Below are positions 39,356-52,200 of a stretch of DNA of 64,000 bases, one piece after another (the first letter of the stretch is position 1; the number at the start of each line of letters is the position of its first letter). The notes beneath the pieces are model-generated. The model worked only from the letters and a program-made list of their open reading frames with translations, had not been told where the DNA came from and ran no database searches. This stretch comes from Felis catus. Its lineage: Eukaryota. Location: NCBI RefSeq assembly GCF_018350175.1, contig NC_058368.1:210926001-210990000 (forward strand), in the 5' to 3' direction. A program made the translations under genes and the position numbers.

Positions 39356-40416
39356 CCAATTCTTAAAGAAGATAAGATGGTGAAAAAAACAAAAATGCAG
39401 GCTGTAGGCTGACTCACAGCTCCAGATAAATTAGGGAATACTAGGAATTGAAGAAGGGTAAAGAAAGCAGAGCAAAGGAAATTCATGCCCAACTCCTTAT
39501 CGCTTACAAAGGCAAAATGCAAAGTTACTGTCAATTGAGAATTATAGAAATATAAGCTTGGTTTAACTTGGTGCTTGCAAAATTAAGGGCAACTACAAGA
39601 GAATAAAATACTAGTTATTTCCCATCCTTACCATCACATAAAATAAAAAGAAACAAATGCATTGTAACACAAACAAAAGACAAGCCAAGAGAGGTAGAAT
39701 AGAGTAACACCATATGTTTCTATTGTAACTATATGTGGGTGAAGTGCTCCCTGCGAAAGGACAAAAGCTGTCCACTTATGTTTTAAAAATTCCCACATAG
39801 GCTGCCATGAGAAATTTGCCCAAATCTAAGTATCATAAAGTTTAAAAATAAATAAGACACTGTGCTTCGATGTAATGCCAGGTCGAAGAGGAAATGTTTT
39901 CCTATAATGAATATACTCAATAATGCAGAGTATGCAATCATAAAGTAATCATTGATTGCGTTTCTTTATTTAAGGGTTTTGCTGATTTGACATGAAATAT
40001 AGTCTTGGATGAAGATGACATAAAACTCATGCCACGGCAATGAGGACATTGACAGGAAACTGGTTAATAAATGTCAATTCGCAAGAGTCAAATACAAAAG
40101 CAAATTTTAAATGCCCTGAAATCTTCCAGCTCATGTAACAGAGGCTTCCCTAAATTTGACATTTATATCACATTGCCAATCAAGTTCTGTGTGGATGAAA
40201 AATAGTAAGGAACAATCCCTAATAAGCATGCTAGAATAAACCACACTATCTTTCCCTTCCCTATAGACAGTATTTTAAAATCTATTCAGGCTCTAGAAAA
40301 TATTATAGAAAGAAGTAGTCAAAGAGTATGTAGGAAAGAAAACAAAGGAGGAAAAATAACACAGCATGTGTCTGGCAGGGAATTAATAAAAATATGAAGT
40401 AAACATTTAAAAAAAG

Positions 40417-40622
40417 GGGGGACGCCTGGGTGGCTCAGCCGGTTGAACATCCGACTTCGGCTCAGGTCATGATCTCACGGTTTGTGAGTTTGAGCCCCGC
40501 ATCGGGCTCTGTGCTGACAGCTCAGAGCCTGGAACCTGCTTCAGATTCTGGGTCTCCCTCCCTCTCTTCCCCTCCCCCACTCATGCTCTGTCTCTCTGTC
40601 TCAGAAATAAACGTTAAAAAAA
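40417..40622 (+). mobile_element. CAN-SINE
   Basis: Canonical structure. Confidence 0.93.
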
Positions 40623-40728
40623 ATATGAAGTGAATTTTTCTGATTTGTGATGATTGTGGTATTTATTGCTGTATTTTCCTTTTGCATTTTAAATAAACAT
40701 TCACTAGCATACTTCATTTGCATTAGTA

Positions 40729-40730
<2 letters not shown>

Positions 40731-40764
<34 letters not shown>
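40731..40764. repeat. (TG)n microsatellite
   Basis: Pure TG run. Confidence 0.95.
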
Positions 40765-40765
<1 letters not shown>

Positions 40766-41002
40766 CCCTGAGCCCACTTGTGAAGGCGAAGGTCTGTCCC
40801 TCACCTCCACCACCAGGGGCCAACAGCTTATTTCATCTTCACTGCACTTGTTAACATCTAACTTGTCCTTGCCTTTCTGTTTAAATATTTGTTATAGTTC
40901 TCCATGTCCCCCCCCCCCCAAACACATGCAATATAGCATACAATCATATAGCTGGGAACTTTTTCACTGCGGAATCACTACCTCATAGAATAGTGTTGGT
41001 CA

Positions 41003-41219
41003 GGGGCGCCTGGGTGGCGCAGTCGGTTAAGCGTCCGACTTCAGCCAGGTCACGATCTCGCGGTCCGTGAGTTCGAGCCCCGCGTCAGGCTCTGGGCTGA
41101 TGGCTCGGAGCCTGGAGCCTGTTTCCGATTCTGTGTCTCCCTCTCTCTCTGCCCCTCCCCCGTTCATGCTCTGTCTCTCTCTGTCCCAAAAATAAATAAA
41201 TAAATAAATAAATAAAAAA
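41003..41219 (+). mobile_element. Young felid CAN-SINE with (TAAA)n tail
   Basis: TSD agaatagtgttggtca at 40987-41002 and 41220-41235. Confidence 0.97.
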
Positions 41220-41755
41220 AGAATAGTGTTGGTCAGCCAATAACTGATAAACAAATGCATGGAAAAAGACTGAAAAAAATATATACCTGCCTTTTTGGTT
41301 TTTTTTAGCGACCACCTCTGAGTGGTGAGGTCATAGGTGATTTTTATCTTGTTTTATGTTTGTATGATTCTTTCTGCAGACACATTATCAGGGAAAACAA
41401 AACAAAAGCCTCAAACACCCATCTACAGAGAAAGGCTGAACTAGAACAGTGATACCTCCAAAAAATTATGCATTTATTAAAAAAAAGAATGAGAAAGATC
41501 TTGGTAGAGATATGAAATCATCTCCATAATATATGAGTGCCAGATGGTGTAGAGAAGAGCTGGAGTGGCCAACCATCTTGCTTTGTCCAGGGATAAGAAG
41601 TTTCCCTGAGACATGGGACCTTCAGTGCTAACGCTGGGTTCTGGACAAGCAGGCAATGGTGGGCGTCCTGAGTCTAGCCCCTTTTCTCTCAAAAAATAGA
41701 ATTAGAATACAAGTTTACATTTGTTTGTGTGTGCATCAAAAGCCTCCAGAAGGAT

Positions 41756-41967
41756 GGGGTGCCTGGGTGGCTTGGTTGGTTAAGCATCTGACTTCAGCTC
41801 AGGTCACGATCTCATGGTTCGTGGGTTTGAGCCCTGAGTAGGGCTGTGCTGACAGCTCAGAGCCTGGAGCCTGCTTTGGATTCTTTGTCTGTTTCTGTCT
41901 CTGCCCCTCCCCTACTTACGCTCTGTCTCTCTGTCTCTTAAAAATATAAATAAACTTAAAAAAAAAA
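41756..41967 (+). mobile_element. CAN-SINE
   Basis: TSD aaaagcc(t/a)ccagaag. Confidence 0.93.
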
Positions 41968-42789
41968 GCCACCAGAAGAATACACAGGAAAGTAACAATA
42001 ATGCTTGCCTGCTTTACTTTTGGTGGGGGTGGGGTAGCTAGAGCACTGAGATTGAAGAGAGTTATTTTATTGAATGTATGTTTTTACATTTTTGACCTAT
42101 GTGAATTTGATAGCTGTTCAAAAATTAAACAGGCACATACATAAACAAAACAAATAAAAAACAAACCAAAGAGTCAAAAGCAAAAAGGCAATTTGTTTTG
42201 TGAGGGCCAAATACATTCTCTCCCTAAACAAAGTGTGTAGATAATTTACACAGTTCGACTTGGAAACTTTCTTGCAAAATACATTTGTTTCTAACCTTTG
42301 CCTTCCAGCTTCTGGATAATGAGTGTAATGCAATGTCCTGCCCTTGGGGAACAAAGACTTGCAGGCTGTGTTACCCTGGTCAAAGACAGCAAGTCTGAGC
42401 TGCCCTTACGGTGGGAGAGTCTCAACATGCATGGGCTCATAAGCCGAGTATCTGAAAGAAAATAAATTGGACACAAACCAAACCAGCCCTTGAGCAACTG
42501 GATATTTACCTCAATTTGAAAATGCAATTTGTATCACAGATTTGATTCCTCTTTATACCTTTCATGCACATTGCAATAAGACTCTGTAAAACATGATGAC
42601 TTATAAAAATTCCTATAAAGCGTAGACTTCAAATTCATATTTCTCCCAAAGTATTTGTTTTTCCACTATTTGGGGGCAGTAGAGAGAGAGGTAGGCAACA
42701 GAAACAGTAGGAACCGTTCCTAGAACAGTGCATGCATGAATGTGTGTGTGTGTGTGTGTAATTGTGTGCAGGGGTTCTCACTGGTGACC

Positions 42790-43078
42790 CAGGAGCATTC
42801 GTGCTGGATGTCTCAGTCCGAAGACTGGTGACTGACGTCCCATTGCAAACAGGCAGGGAGCACATCCAACCTTCCTTTGCCTCTTTCTTGCGCTCAAGCC
42901 CTTAGGGGATTAGATGATGCCACCCACACTGGTGAGAGCAATCTGCTTTATTCAATCTACCCAAGAAATGTTAATCTCATCCACAAACACACTCCTAGAC
43001 ACACGCAGAAATCGTGTTTAGCCATATATCTTGGCACCGCAGCATCCAGTCAAGTTAACACATAAAATTAACCAACAC
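42790..43078. mobile_element. MLT2 LTR fragment
   Basis: gatgccacccacactggtgagagcaatctgcttta...ccagtcaagttaacacataaaattaacc. Confidence 0.8.
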
Positions 43079-43539
43079 AGGGGAGGTCAAGGGATAGACA
43101 GAAATGGGTAAAATACAATCTCTGCCTCTAAAGAGAAGTGATGACCATACACATGCTAAAAGTGCTGGTGTTACAATCCTGGACACAGCTGAGCATGGTC
43201 TAGTTAGATTGTCCGGATGGCAAAGAATGGGAGGTGCCAGACTGGGAACTGGGCGTCTAGTCTGAGGCAGAGATGGCTCTATGTAGGCTTTGTGTAGCTA
43301 TGTGGAGATGTTTTGAGGGCATTTAGTGCCGCTGGAAAAGAGGAAAATGGATAAGAGGGTTCGTGCAGTACTGAAAGTTTCAGCAAAAACAGGGAAATGC
43401 AGCCACAGAGGCTGCTTAGAGGCAAGTAGACAGAGTATGCGTGAAGGAGCCGAGAAGCAGGCACTATCTGCAGACAGGAGGTGAGGTAAAGGTAGTTACA
43501 CCTGACAACAGAAAGTTTAAATTTTCCCATGGGGAGAAA

Positions 43540-44365
43540 GTCTCACAGTAAAAATCAAAAGGAAATGCTTGCAACACAGAAAGCAGTCAGATATTTGATT
43601 TTTGTATAATAAAAAGTGTTTACAAACTGGTTAAACAAAGGCACTAACACACACACATACACACACACACATGTCTATAGAGAATTAAAGAAAATTAAAT
43701 AAATATGTGAATCTATTTAAATAAATATTTGGAAAGATGATCAATTTCATTGAAAAAATAAGATGGCATTTTCACCTCAAAAATTAAAAGAACAGGGGCG
43801 CATGGGTGACTCAGTTAAGTGTCAGACTCTAGATTTTGGCTCAGGTCCTGATCTCACAGTTTGTGAGATCGAGCCCCTTGTTGGGCTCTATGGTGACAGT
43901 GCGGAACCTGCTTGGGATTCTCTCTCCCTTGCTCTCTGCCTCTCCCCCGCTTGCGTTCGCACATGTGTCCACACTCTTTCTCTCTCTCAAAAGAAATAAG
44001 CCTAAAAAATTAAAAGAACAGAAATATCCAGTCCTCGGGCATATGTAGGGAAATGGGCACACTCAAATATTGAGTGTGAATTGTCATACCCTTTTTGAAA
44101 AAAAAAACCTGGCAATTTTTAGCAAATTATAAAAAGAATATACATACACATATATCTGTAGCCATAGCCATTTATGAAGAAAACCCACTTTCAAAATGTA
44201 GCAAATAACAATAAAAGCTGCAGTATATAAGAAGGTTTATTGCAGCATTGTTTGTGGCATATAGAATATAAATAAGAAGAATTCTGAATGTCCACTGGTA
44301 GGTTTAAAAATTATGATAATTCTATGCCATAAAATGTAATTATTAAACCATTAACAAGAATGAGC
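43540..44365 (+). mobile_element. Old L1M (L1ME-like) fragments
   Basis: gtttattgcagcattgtttgt...aatgtcca...aacaagaatgag. Confidence 0.6.
43795..44010 (+). mobile_element. CAN-SINE inside an old L1
   Basis: TSD aaaaattaaaagaacag. Confidence 0.93.
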
Positions 44366-46234
44366 CTCAGTTTCCGACTCTGAGGAAAGCTGTAGAAAAA
44401 CCACGGCCTATATTACGTATGTGCCCATCGTTCATCAATTGCACCTTAAGCAAAAGCACCTGAACCTCACGCAAGGCTCTAACGCTCCCATCCCGGCCTC
44501 ATGCTTCCAGTGGGTGTCCCCTCCCCCGATACAGGGTAGAGTATATGATCTCGGGGAAACATGGAGAGCTCAAGAACACAAAGTCAGTACGATCGAAGCC
44601 CATCAAATGTAGCTAAACACATTTTTTTTCTGAGAACTCCAGGAGTGCTGGGTGATAGCAGGTGAGGCAGGTCTTTCCTGCGGGACTTGGACCAGAGGGA
44701 AGGTGGCCTCCACCAGCCACCTTGATGAAGCCTGCCCACAAAGGAGCTGAGAGACCCAGAGAAACTGAATCCTGAAGATATTACCCGAGCTACACCTGGA
44801 GCTACACCAGCTCTTTAATCCAAATGAGTTTGGGTTGGGTTTTCTGTCACTTGTTAAAAAAAAAAAAAGGAAGAAAGAAAAAAGAAAAAAAGTCCTTATT
44901 GATACATTTACATCTTTTGGTAACTTGAACCCAGAAAGTTGGGAAATAATAGAAAGGCAGATTATTTGTACTGCTTACCTAAAGGGGTAGACATGGAAAG
45001 AGTTGAGAAGGGATTATTAACGTATTCCTAATGATCTTACTAGTATAATGTTACTACATGTAATAATACTACTTTATTATTATTAACATCCTTTTGGATT
45101 TCATTTGTCATTATTAGCCTGTATAACATTTGAAACTGAAAAAAAGATCTCACAAAAGACCTAGTGCTTTGACTATTGGTATCAATAAGTCTGTATTTCT
45201 GCTTTTGAAAAATGGAATGTGAAATCCCAATGTACCTCTGAAAATTCAAGGATGATTTTGCCTCTTTCTTCCTACTTAAAATAAGAAAACACATTGCTGT
45301 TAAACAAAGTTCATCCGGACACCAGGGTTGTAATAAGAATATTCTAATTGTTTTTGCTAACTATTTCCCTCCACATGGTTACTGAATATGTATAAAATAT
45401 CTGAAGCCAACAGATCACAGCCTGTGTGAAGAGGTTTGGGGTTCCAAAACAATGGAGCAGGAGATAGGTCATTGTAGAGGCTTAAACTGAAGAAGCAGGT
45501 AGGGGCTCCATGACTTTGGACTCTGTAATAGATGCTCGGAAATGTTCACTGTATTCTGAGCTTGATGGGGAGCTGAAAGGTTTTGAGCAGTTCAGAGACA
45601 CGGCGAGACAGGTAATTGTGGGGGTGGTGTGGAGAATGAACCCTGGGCAAAACAAGGCTAAATGCCCTGTTGTGTGGACCTGAAAATTCCTTCTCCTGGA
45701 GCACTCCACTCTGCTTTAATTCCAAAATGATATAAGTATAATTTTAAATAGTTCCACATGCTAGTGACACATTTCTACTGTGATTTAAAGATTCAAGTCA
45801 TTTAAAGCTTTTCATTTTAAAAAACGAGGGTTTTTTTAATACTTTAATGCCGTAAATTGTTGAAAGCTTTTATGTCATCCTAAATGGAATTATGTTACCA
45901 AAGACATAATTGTTAGTGCTTCTTGTCCTGCACTTAATACATTTGGTCCTCTCTTCTCATTTCCAGGTCCAAATATTATTAGGAAAGAAAACTCCAAAAG
46001 CTCTGTGATTAAGTTTCAAATCCTTTACATAATCATTTCTCAATCATATATAGGTAATGTTGCCTCTGTCCTCCAGAGTCCCTGCTACCAAACAGAGGCA
46101 TTAATTTTCTGTAAGACTATTTGATAAACGTCTAGTATAACCCCACACCCTTTAGGGTCCATAGTAGAAATTTCTCTTGCAGAACCAATATCTGCTTTCC
46201 TCTCCTCTTACTCATATAAAAAATCACACTTCCA

Positions 46235-46439
46235 GGGCGCCTGGGGACTCAGTTGGTTAAATGTCTGACTTCAGCTCAGGTCACGATCTCACGGTTCATG
46301 GGTTCGATCCCCATGTTGGGCTCTGTACTGACACCTCAGAACCTAGTGCCTGCTTTGGACTCTGTGACCCCCTGTCTCTGCCCCTCCCCCACTCACACTC
46401 TGTCTCTGTCTCTCAAAAAATAAATAAACGTTAAAAAAA
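46235..46439 (+). mobile_element. CAN-SINE
   Basis: TSD aaaaaat(c/t)acacttcc. Confidence 0.92.
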
Positions 46440-46444
46440 TTACA

Positions 46445-46800
46445 CTTCCTAGCCCTATTACAGTTAAGCGAAGCCACGTGACTGGTTGTTGCCAATGGAT
46501 TAAAATAAGTGGAAGTGAGGTGTGTCCCTTCTGGGAAGAAGCAAAGAAGAGCAGAGGCGAAATCTCCATGCTGGTTTTCCCACGTTGGCCCCGGTCCATA
46601 TGGTGTAGCAATGAGATGATGGCCCTTGCATGAGCCTGGAACCCTGAGTAACTGTGTGAGAAACAGAGAGGTCCTCGTGTTTCTCCCCCTAATCAAACTG
46701 AATTGCACGTATACTTAGGAGCAAGAAACAAGACTTTGATATGCTAAGCCACTGGTATTCCAGGTTTCATTTTTAAGCTTTGCTGGCTTATCCTGTCTAA
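46445..46800 (+). mobile_element. MaLR MLT1H/I-like LTR fragment
   Basis: ccacgtgact...gccaatgga...gtggaagtga...gcaagaaacaagacttt...taagccactg. Confidence 0.6.
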
Positions 46801-46949
46801 CAAAGTTTCAGAGACGCTTCTGAGAATCTGATGCTACTATGTATCCTCTCCCCAGCTAGCTTCATGCTCAAACATTTTGAATAACGAATAGGAATAAGCC
46901 TCTCCATGAAGCCCCCACCTCACATGGATATTAAAGATGAAAGAATATA

Positions 46950-47059
46950 GGGACACCTGGGTGGCTCAGTTGGTTGAGCCTGCCTTCGGCTCCGGTTGTG
47001 ATCTCGCATTTTTTGAATTCGAGCCCCACAATCAGCTCTGTGCTGACAGTCTCTCTCTC

Positions 47060-47124
<65 letters not shown>

Positions 47125-47207
47125 GCCCCCCAGCCCCTCCTTGCAGTTGGTCTTTCTCTCTTCCTCTGTCAATAAATAAACATTAAAAAGAGAAAAAAAA
47201 TTTTAAA
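46950..47207 (+). mobile_element. CAN-SINE with internal deletion and expanded (CT)n (47050-47124)
   Basis: Head and tail present; TSD aaagaatat. Confidence 0.9.
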
Positions 47208-48474
47208 AGAATATTTAACTACTGTCTAGCGTACAAAATATTTGTGAGTGTGCATGTGTGTGCATGTGGATGTGTGTGTAGAAACTATTGCTTTATGTTA
47301 TCATGGTTCAGAAGTTATCTGATTTTGCAACTGAAAGTTAGTGGGTTGATAGGGGAAAATCAATTGAATAATTCCTAAATTGTTTGTCAAAACAAGACTC
47401 AGTCTGCCCCTAGGCCACCAGCTCTGATTAAAGTAAGTAGTAGGTTACTTCTGGGGACAAGAAGGAAGCAGAGGGGCATTTGCTAAGATGACTGGCTTTG
47501 TACAGAAGAAGGTAAAGAGTAATGGAGTTGTCTGCGTTACCTGGGGGTTGAAGTTGTGAACTGAAAACAAGAATCCCTTAGCATTCTGGTTTGCTTACTT
47601 CAGGGAAAGTAACAACTTCCTGTTTCTCAGGAAAGAAAAAAAAAAAAAAAAGGAAAAAAAATACTCTCAAGAGTCGCATAGAAAGACCTCCTTAACATCA
47701 AAGGACTCTTCTAAGAAACGGTGTTGGTGAGGGAAACAAAAAAAAAGGTATCAAAACCCTACAGACAGATTAAACAGTGAGGGGCACGAGTGTTTTGCTA
47801 GAGTGCTTTCACTTGTACACCCCAAACATTTAAAACATAGTTTTTGAAGTAGTCATCAAATCAGTCCCTCACACTGTATTTTCAGTGTAGCTCTGCGTAC
47901 TACGGATGGTTCCTGGCTCATAGGGGAAAATAACATGCTTTGCCTGTCTGGTCTCATTTCGCTTTCTTTCTTTGCTCTGGCCCACACGATCCCTCCCTTT
48001 CCAGCTTTGCCCTTCTCTGCTCTCCTGCTTACTGCATGCTGGGTAGGGTGTAGGCTAATCCTTGGCTAACCAGGGCTGGCCAAGCGTCAAACCTCCCACT
48101 ATTGTTTCTGTCACCTATTACAATATAACCAGTGTTTAGTTTTGAGCTCTTTGGGGCTAGGCTGCTTGTGTACGGCCGGGGTGATAGCTTGTGGATCTGA
48201 CACGGCAGTTTCTTAAACCAAGAACACAAAAGACGTAGCAGGTCTTCTGCATTCCACTGCGAAATGTGTGCATTTGTGTCCTCAAATGATGAGCACTGCA
48301 GACCCAATTTCCTTTTCCTGCTAGCAAAGACAGTGCTAGAGCAGATAACATATTTTTCGCAAGAACAGAGAGGGGAAATGAAGACGTTTAGTTTAAAGTG
48401 AGACCACTCGCAGGGGATAACACAGTTGTCTTTAGAAGGGTTTATATGTGGAAAATGCAACCGCGCTGTTTTCT

Positions 48475-48700
48475 TTTTTTATTTTATTTTTTTTTCAACG
48501 TTTTTATTTATTTTTGGGACAGAGAGAGACAGAGCATGAACGGGGGAGGGGCAGAGAGAGAGGGAGACACAGAATCGGAAACAGGCTCCAGGCTCCGAGC
48601 CATCAGCCCAGAGCCTGACGCGGGGCTCGAACTCACAGACCGCGAGATGGTGACCTGGCTGAAGTCGGACGCTTAACCGACTGCACCACCCAGGCGCCCC
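48475..48700 (-). mobile_element. Young felid CAN-SINE (3' member of composite)
   Basis: Full length, CpGs mostly intact, A tail abutting TSD copy 48459-48474. Confidence 0.97.
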
Positions 48701-48864
48701 AAGGCTTCCCCTTCTTAAGGGAGTTTCTCCCAACTTTTTCCATGAAACTTCATAGTGAGTCTAATTAGCAAGAGGTTAGGGGAGTAGTAAGGCAACCTTT
48801 CTTTCCTTCCTACTGACATTTTCCTGTTGGGGACAGAGAAATACCCTTCATTTTAGTTGAAGGA

Positions 48865-49089
48865 TTTTTTTTTCTTTTTTTTTTTTAACGTTTTATTTAT
48901 TTTTGAGACAGAGAGAGACAGAGCATGAACGGGGGAGGGGCAGAGAGAGAGGGAGACACAGAATCGGAAACAGGCTCCAGGCTCTGAGCCATCAGCCCAG
49001 AGCCCGACGCGGGGCTCGAACTCACGGACCGCGAGATCGTGACCTGGCTGAAGTCGGATGCTTAACCGACTGCGCCACCCAGGCGCCCC
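48865..49089 (-). mobile_element. Young felid CAN-SINE (5' member of composite)
   Basis: Full length; 5' end abuts TSD copy 49090-49105. Confidence 0.97.
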
Positions 49090-49184
49090 AACCGCGCTGT
49101 TTTCTGAAGCCTTGAGCGGCAGAGCTAGTGAAAGGCACGCATGGAGACAGGACTGTTGAGACAGTACAAGGAAGATTCTATCGT

Positions 49185-49370
49185 GGGGCACCTGGGTGGC
49201 ACATTCAGCTAAGTGTCTGAGTCTTGGTTTCGGCTCAGGTCATGATCTCACAGTTTGTGAGTTTGAGCCCCTAGAGGAATTCTCTCTCTCCCCCTCTCTC
49301 GGCCCCTCCTCTCCTCCCTCTGTCTCTCTCTCAAAATAAATAAACTTTAAAAACTTTTAAAAATAAAAAA
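49185..49370 (+). mobile_element. CAN-SINE, internally deleted; followed by (GTT)n to 49407
   Basis: Canonical head and tail. Confidence 0.9.
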
Positions 49371-49375
49371 AGATT

Positions 49376-49407
<32 letters not shown>

Positions 49408-49602
49408 AAAATTAGCCAGGATAGAAATATTTTTAAACTTAAATACGAAGGAAATAAAGAAAAATCATTGCATGAAACAATAAACCAGGACAACAAAAAG
49501 AAAAAAAAAAGATAACAAATAAGGAATAGAAAGAATTGCAGCTAGGATTTATTTAACGTGTTATCATTTGTCCAGCACAAACGATTATGAATCCCATTTC
49601 TA

Positions 49603-49715
49603 GGAGCACCTGGGTGGCTCAGTCGGTTGAGTGCTCAACTTCAACTCAGGTCATGATCTCACGGTGGGTGGGTTCTAGTCCTCGCAGGGCTCTGGGCTGA
49701 TAGCTCAGAGCTGTT

Positions 49716-49763
<48 letters not shown>

Positions 49764-49787
49764 AATAAATAAATATTAAAAAAAAAA
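49603..49787 (+). mobile_element. CAN-SINE, internally deleted, (CT)n
   Basis: TSD aatcccatt. Confidence 0.9.
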
Positions 49788-49844
49788 TCCCATTCATGTT
49801 AATTCAGATTAAACCCCTCAATTCCAAATAATAGCAAATACCAC

Positions 49845-50450
49845 TATCATCTTTATCGACATTTTAAAGATGAGGACACTTAGGCAGAGAAGTTGAGGGT
49901 AAGGAAAAACACTAGGTCCATGGTTACCTAGTAGTTACTGGAGCTGGGATTGTTTTTTTTACACTTTCCAATGAGTGTTTATTATTAGTTAAGCCGTGAT
50001 TCAGGACCCCAAAGTGGGTATCACAGTGCACCCAGATCCCCCTTCACCACCCTGGGAGAAGGATGGAGACAGTAGAGAGGTGGGCGGGGCCAGTTCAGAT
50101 CTTCCCAGGAAACGTGCCTTCCGTCTGGTCGTCGTCCCAGACTGACACCCAGATATGGGGCGGAGGGACTTGTACACACACAGGTACCATTCACACACCA
50201 AAGACATCACCCCCTGTCGCAGTCTTTGCCTTCTCACAGCGGTGAAAGCCCAGCGACTTCTGTCAGCAGTTCCTGGTCTGATTGTGGCTGGGGAAGCGTC
50301 TGTCAAAAGGGGCCGTCTGGTAGCTCTCGATGTCTTCCACCATGCTGCTGACTCTTAAGGACGCCCCTGAAGCACCTCACAGCTCAGTGTGACCCTCAGC
50401 GGAGCTGGGATTTAGAAGCAAGGCACTCTAGCTCCAGAGTCTGTATTTTA
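49845..50450. mobile_element. MIR split by the COX6B1 retrocopy
   Basis: cattttaaagatgaggacactt...ggagctgggatt | tagaagcaaggcactctagctccagagtc joins into a continuous MIR. Confidence 0.7.
49952..50400 (-). pseudogene. COX6B1: Processed pseudogene of cytochrome c oxidase subunit 6B1; CDS remnant 50343..50095
   Basis: Minus strand reads MVEDIESYQTAPFDRRFPSHNQTRNC*QKSLGFHRCEKAKTATGGDVF/VCEWYLCVYKSLRPI/WVSVWDDDQTEGTFPGKI*, collinear with COX6B1. No introns, premature TGA at 50263-50265, +1/-1 frameshifts, AATAAA at 49983-49978, short A tail 49953-49960, TSD ggagctgggatt at 49940-49951 and 50401-50412. Confidence 0.95.
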
Positions 50451-51943
50451 TCTATATTACTGTTGAGAGAGAAAGAAATAGATTGAAATTTATAGTAGAA
50501 AAACAAATGGAAAGATGAGTGAGAACAAAGTGGTCCATAAGCCCAGTATAGATGATAAATAAAATAAAATATAAATATGAACAAATAAACATCAATGGAG
50601 GCTCATAACTATCTCATAGACCTGATGGTATGGGTTGATAACATGTCCCTGGAAGGGAACTTATTCCTCATTCAAAAGAAACAGATTAAATTGAAGGACA
50701 GAAAAATAGAGATAAGTGAAATAGATCTGCAGAGTGAGAGGAATCACTCTGAGGTTAGAATTAACCGGCATAGTAACTACAAGCTGGCTGGCCATTAAAA
50801 AGATTTTAGCGGTGTGTATCATAGAAGCAAACTATTATACACGTGACGGGGCAAAAGTCTAGACACCAGCTGGTAGACTTGCTCTTCTAAAATATAATGA
50901 ACCCAACAAATTCTTGACTTGTTGAAAGTGAATTGCTCAAAGGTGGAGGAAATAACGAGATTGAGGTCTACTCTGGTCTTAAGTTTGGTCAAAGGAAATT
51001 AATTGGGGGTACAGAAGTGGATGTATCCTTGCAAGAAAGTGGCAATTTGGTAATGGAACTTGTAATATTGAAGGAAGCTAACGCCTGGTATACCAAGCCA
51101 TTATACTAGGCTTTAGGGAACACAATTTCAGAGTTGATTTCATGCATTGTTGACAATGATGTAAAGTATTACTTTTGCCATTTTTCTCCTAAGTCCACAA
51201 CCTTAGAATACTTCACATCTTCTTACCATCTTCTTGCCTTTTGTTGTTATTTTAATGCATTTTAGTGCATGGAGAATAATAATAGTGCTTTGTACGGTCA
51301 ATTTCATTTCTATTTACCTATATATTTACTCTGCCTCGGGTTCTTTCTTGCCACTGACATTTCTGTCTTCATCTGGGCTCATTTCCCTTCTGTCTAGAGA
51401 ACTCCTTTTGTTGTTTTTGTTTGTTTAGACAGTCTATTGATGGCAGAGTAACTAAGAAGTCATGATAAGGATGTTTTTTCTGGGTATAGAAGTCAAATTT
51501 GGAGGGATTTTCTCTCAGGACTTTATGTCACTCAGCAGTCCTGTCTTATCATTTCTGATGGGAAGTCACCTGTCAGTATTACTGTGGTTTCTTAGAAGTT
51601 TAAGTGTCTTTTGTTTCTGTTACTTGAAAGATTTTCTCTGGGTCTTTAATTTTCAGCCGGTTTGACTATGATGTGCTTTGTTTGTATGATTTTCTTTGAA
51701 CTTTTGCTGCTTGGGGTTCTCTAAGATTCTTGAGTCTATGCTTTGAAGTCTTTCATCAGTTATGGAAAGTTCTCTACCATTACCTGTTCAAAAATTGCTT
51801 CTGACTCAGTCTATATCTTTTTTCCCTTTTTGAATCCAATTATATAAATGTTGGAATTTTTGTTCACCATGATTTTTACATTTTTGTTCATTTTTCTTCT
51901 TTGTATTAGGTGTGCTTCTTAGGTACTTAATAACTGTTATCCA

Positions 51944-52145
51944 GGGGTGGCTCGATCAGTTAAGTATCTGACTTTGGTTCAGGTCATGATCTCGCAGTTT
52001 GTGAATTCGAGCCCCACAACGGGCTCTGTGCTGACAGCTCAAAGCCTGGAGCCTGCTTCAGATTCTGTGTCTCCCTCTCTCTCTGTCCCTCCCCTGCTCA
52101 TGCTCTGTCTCTCTTTCTTTCAAAAATAAACAAACATAAAAAAAA
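51944..52145 (+). mobile_element. CAN-SINE inside an old L1
   Basis: TSD aact(g/t)ttatccag. Confidence 0.92.
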
Positions 52146-52200
52146 CTTTTATCCAGTTAATTAATTCAATATTTCAGTGTATCCACTATACTATTAAATG

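Noticed and set aside
50001..50358. ORF-track ORFs of 60-101 aa
   Set aside because: Off-frame or antisense readings of the COX6B1 pseudogene.
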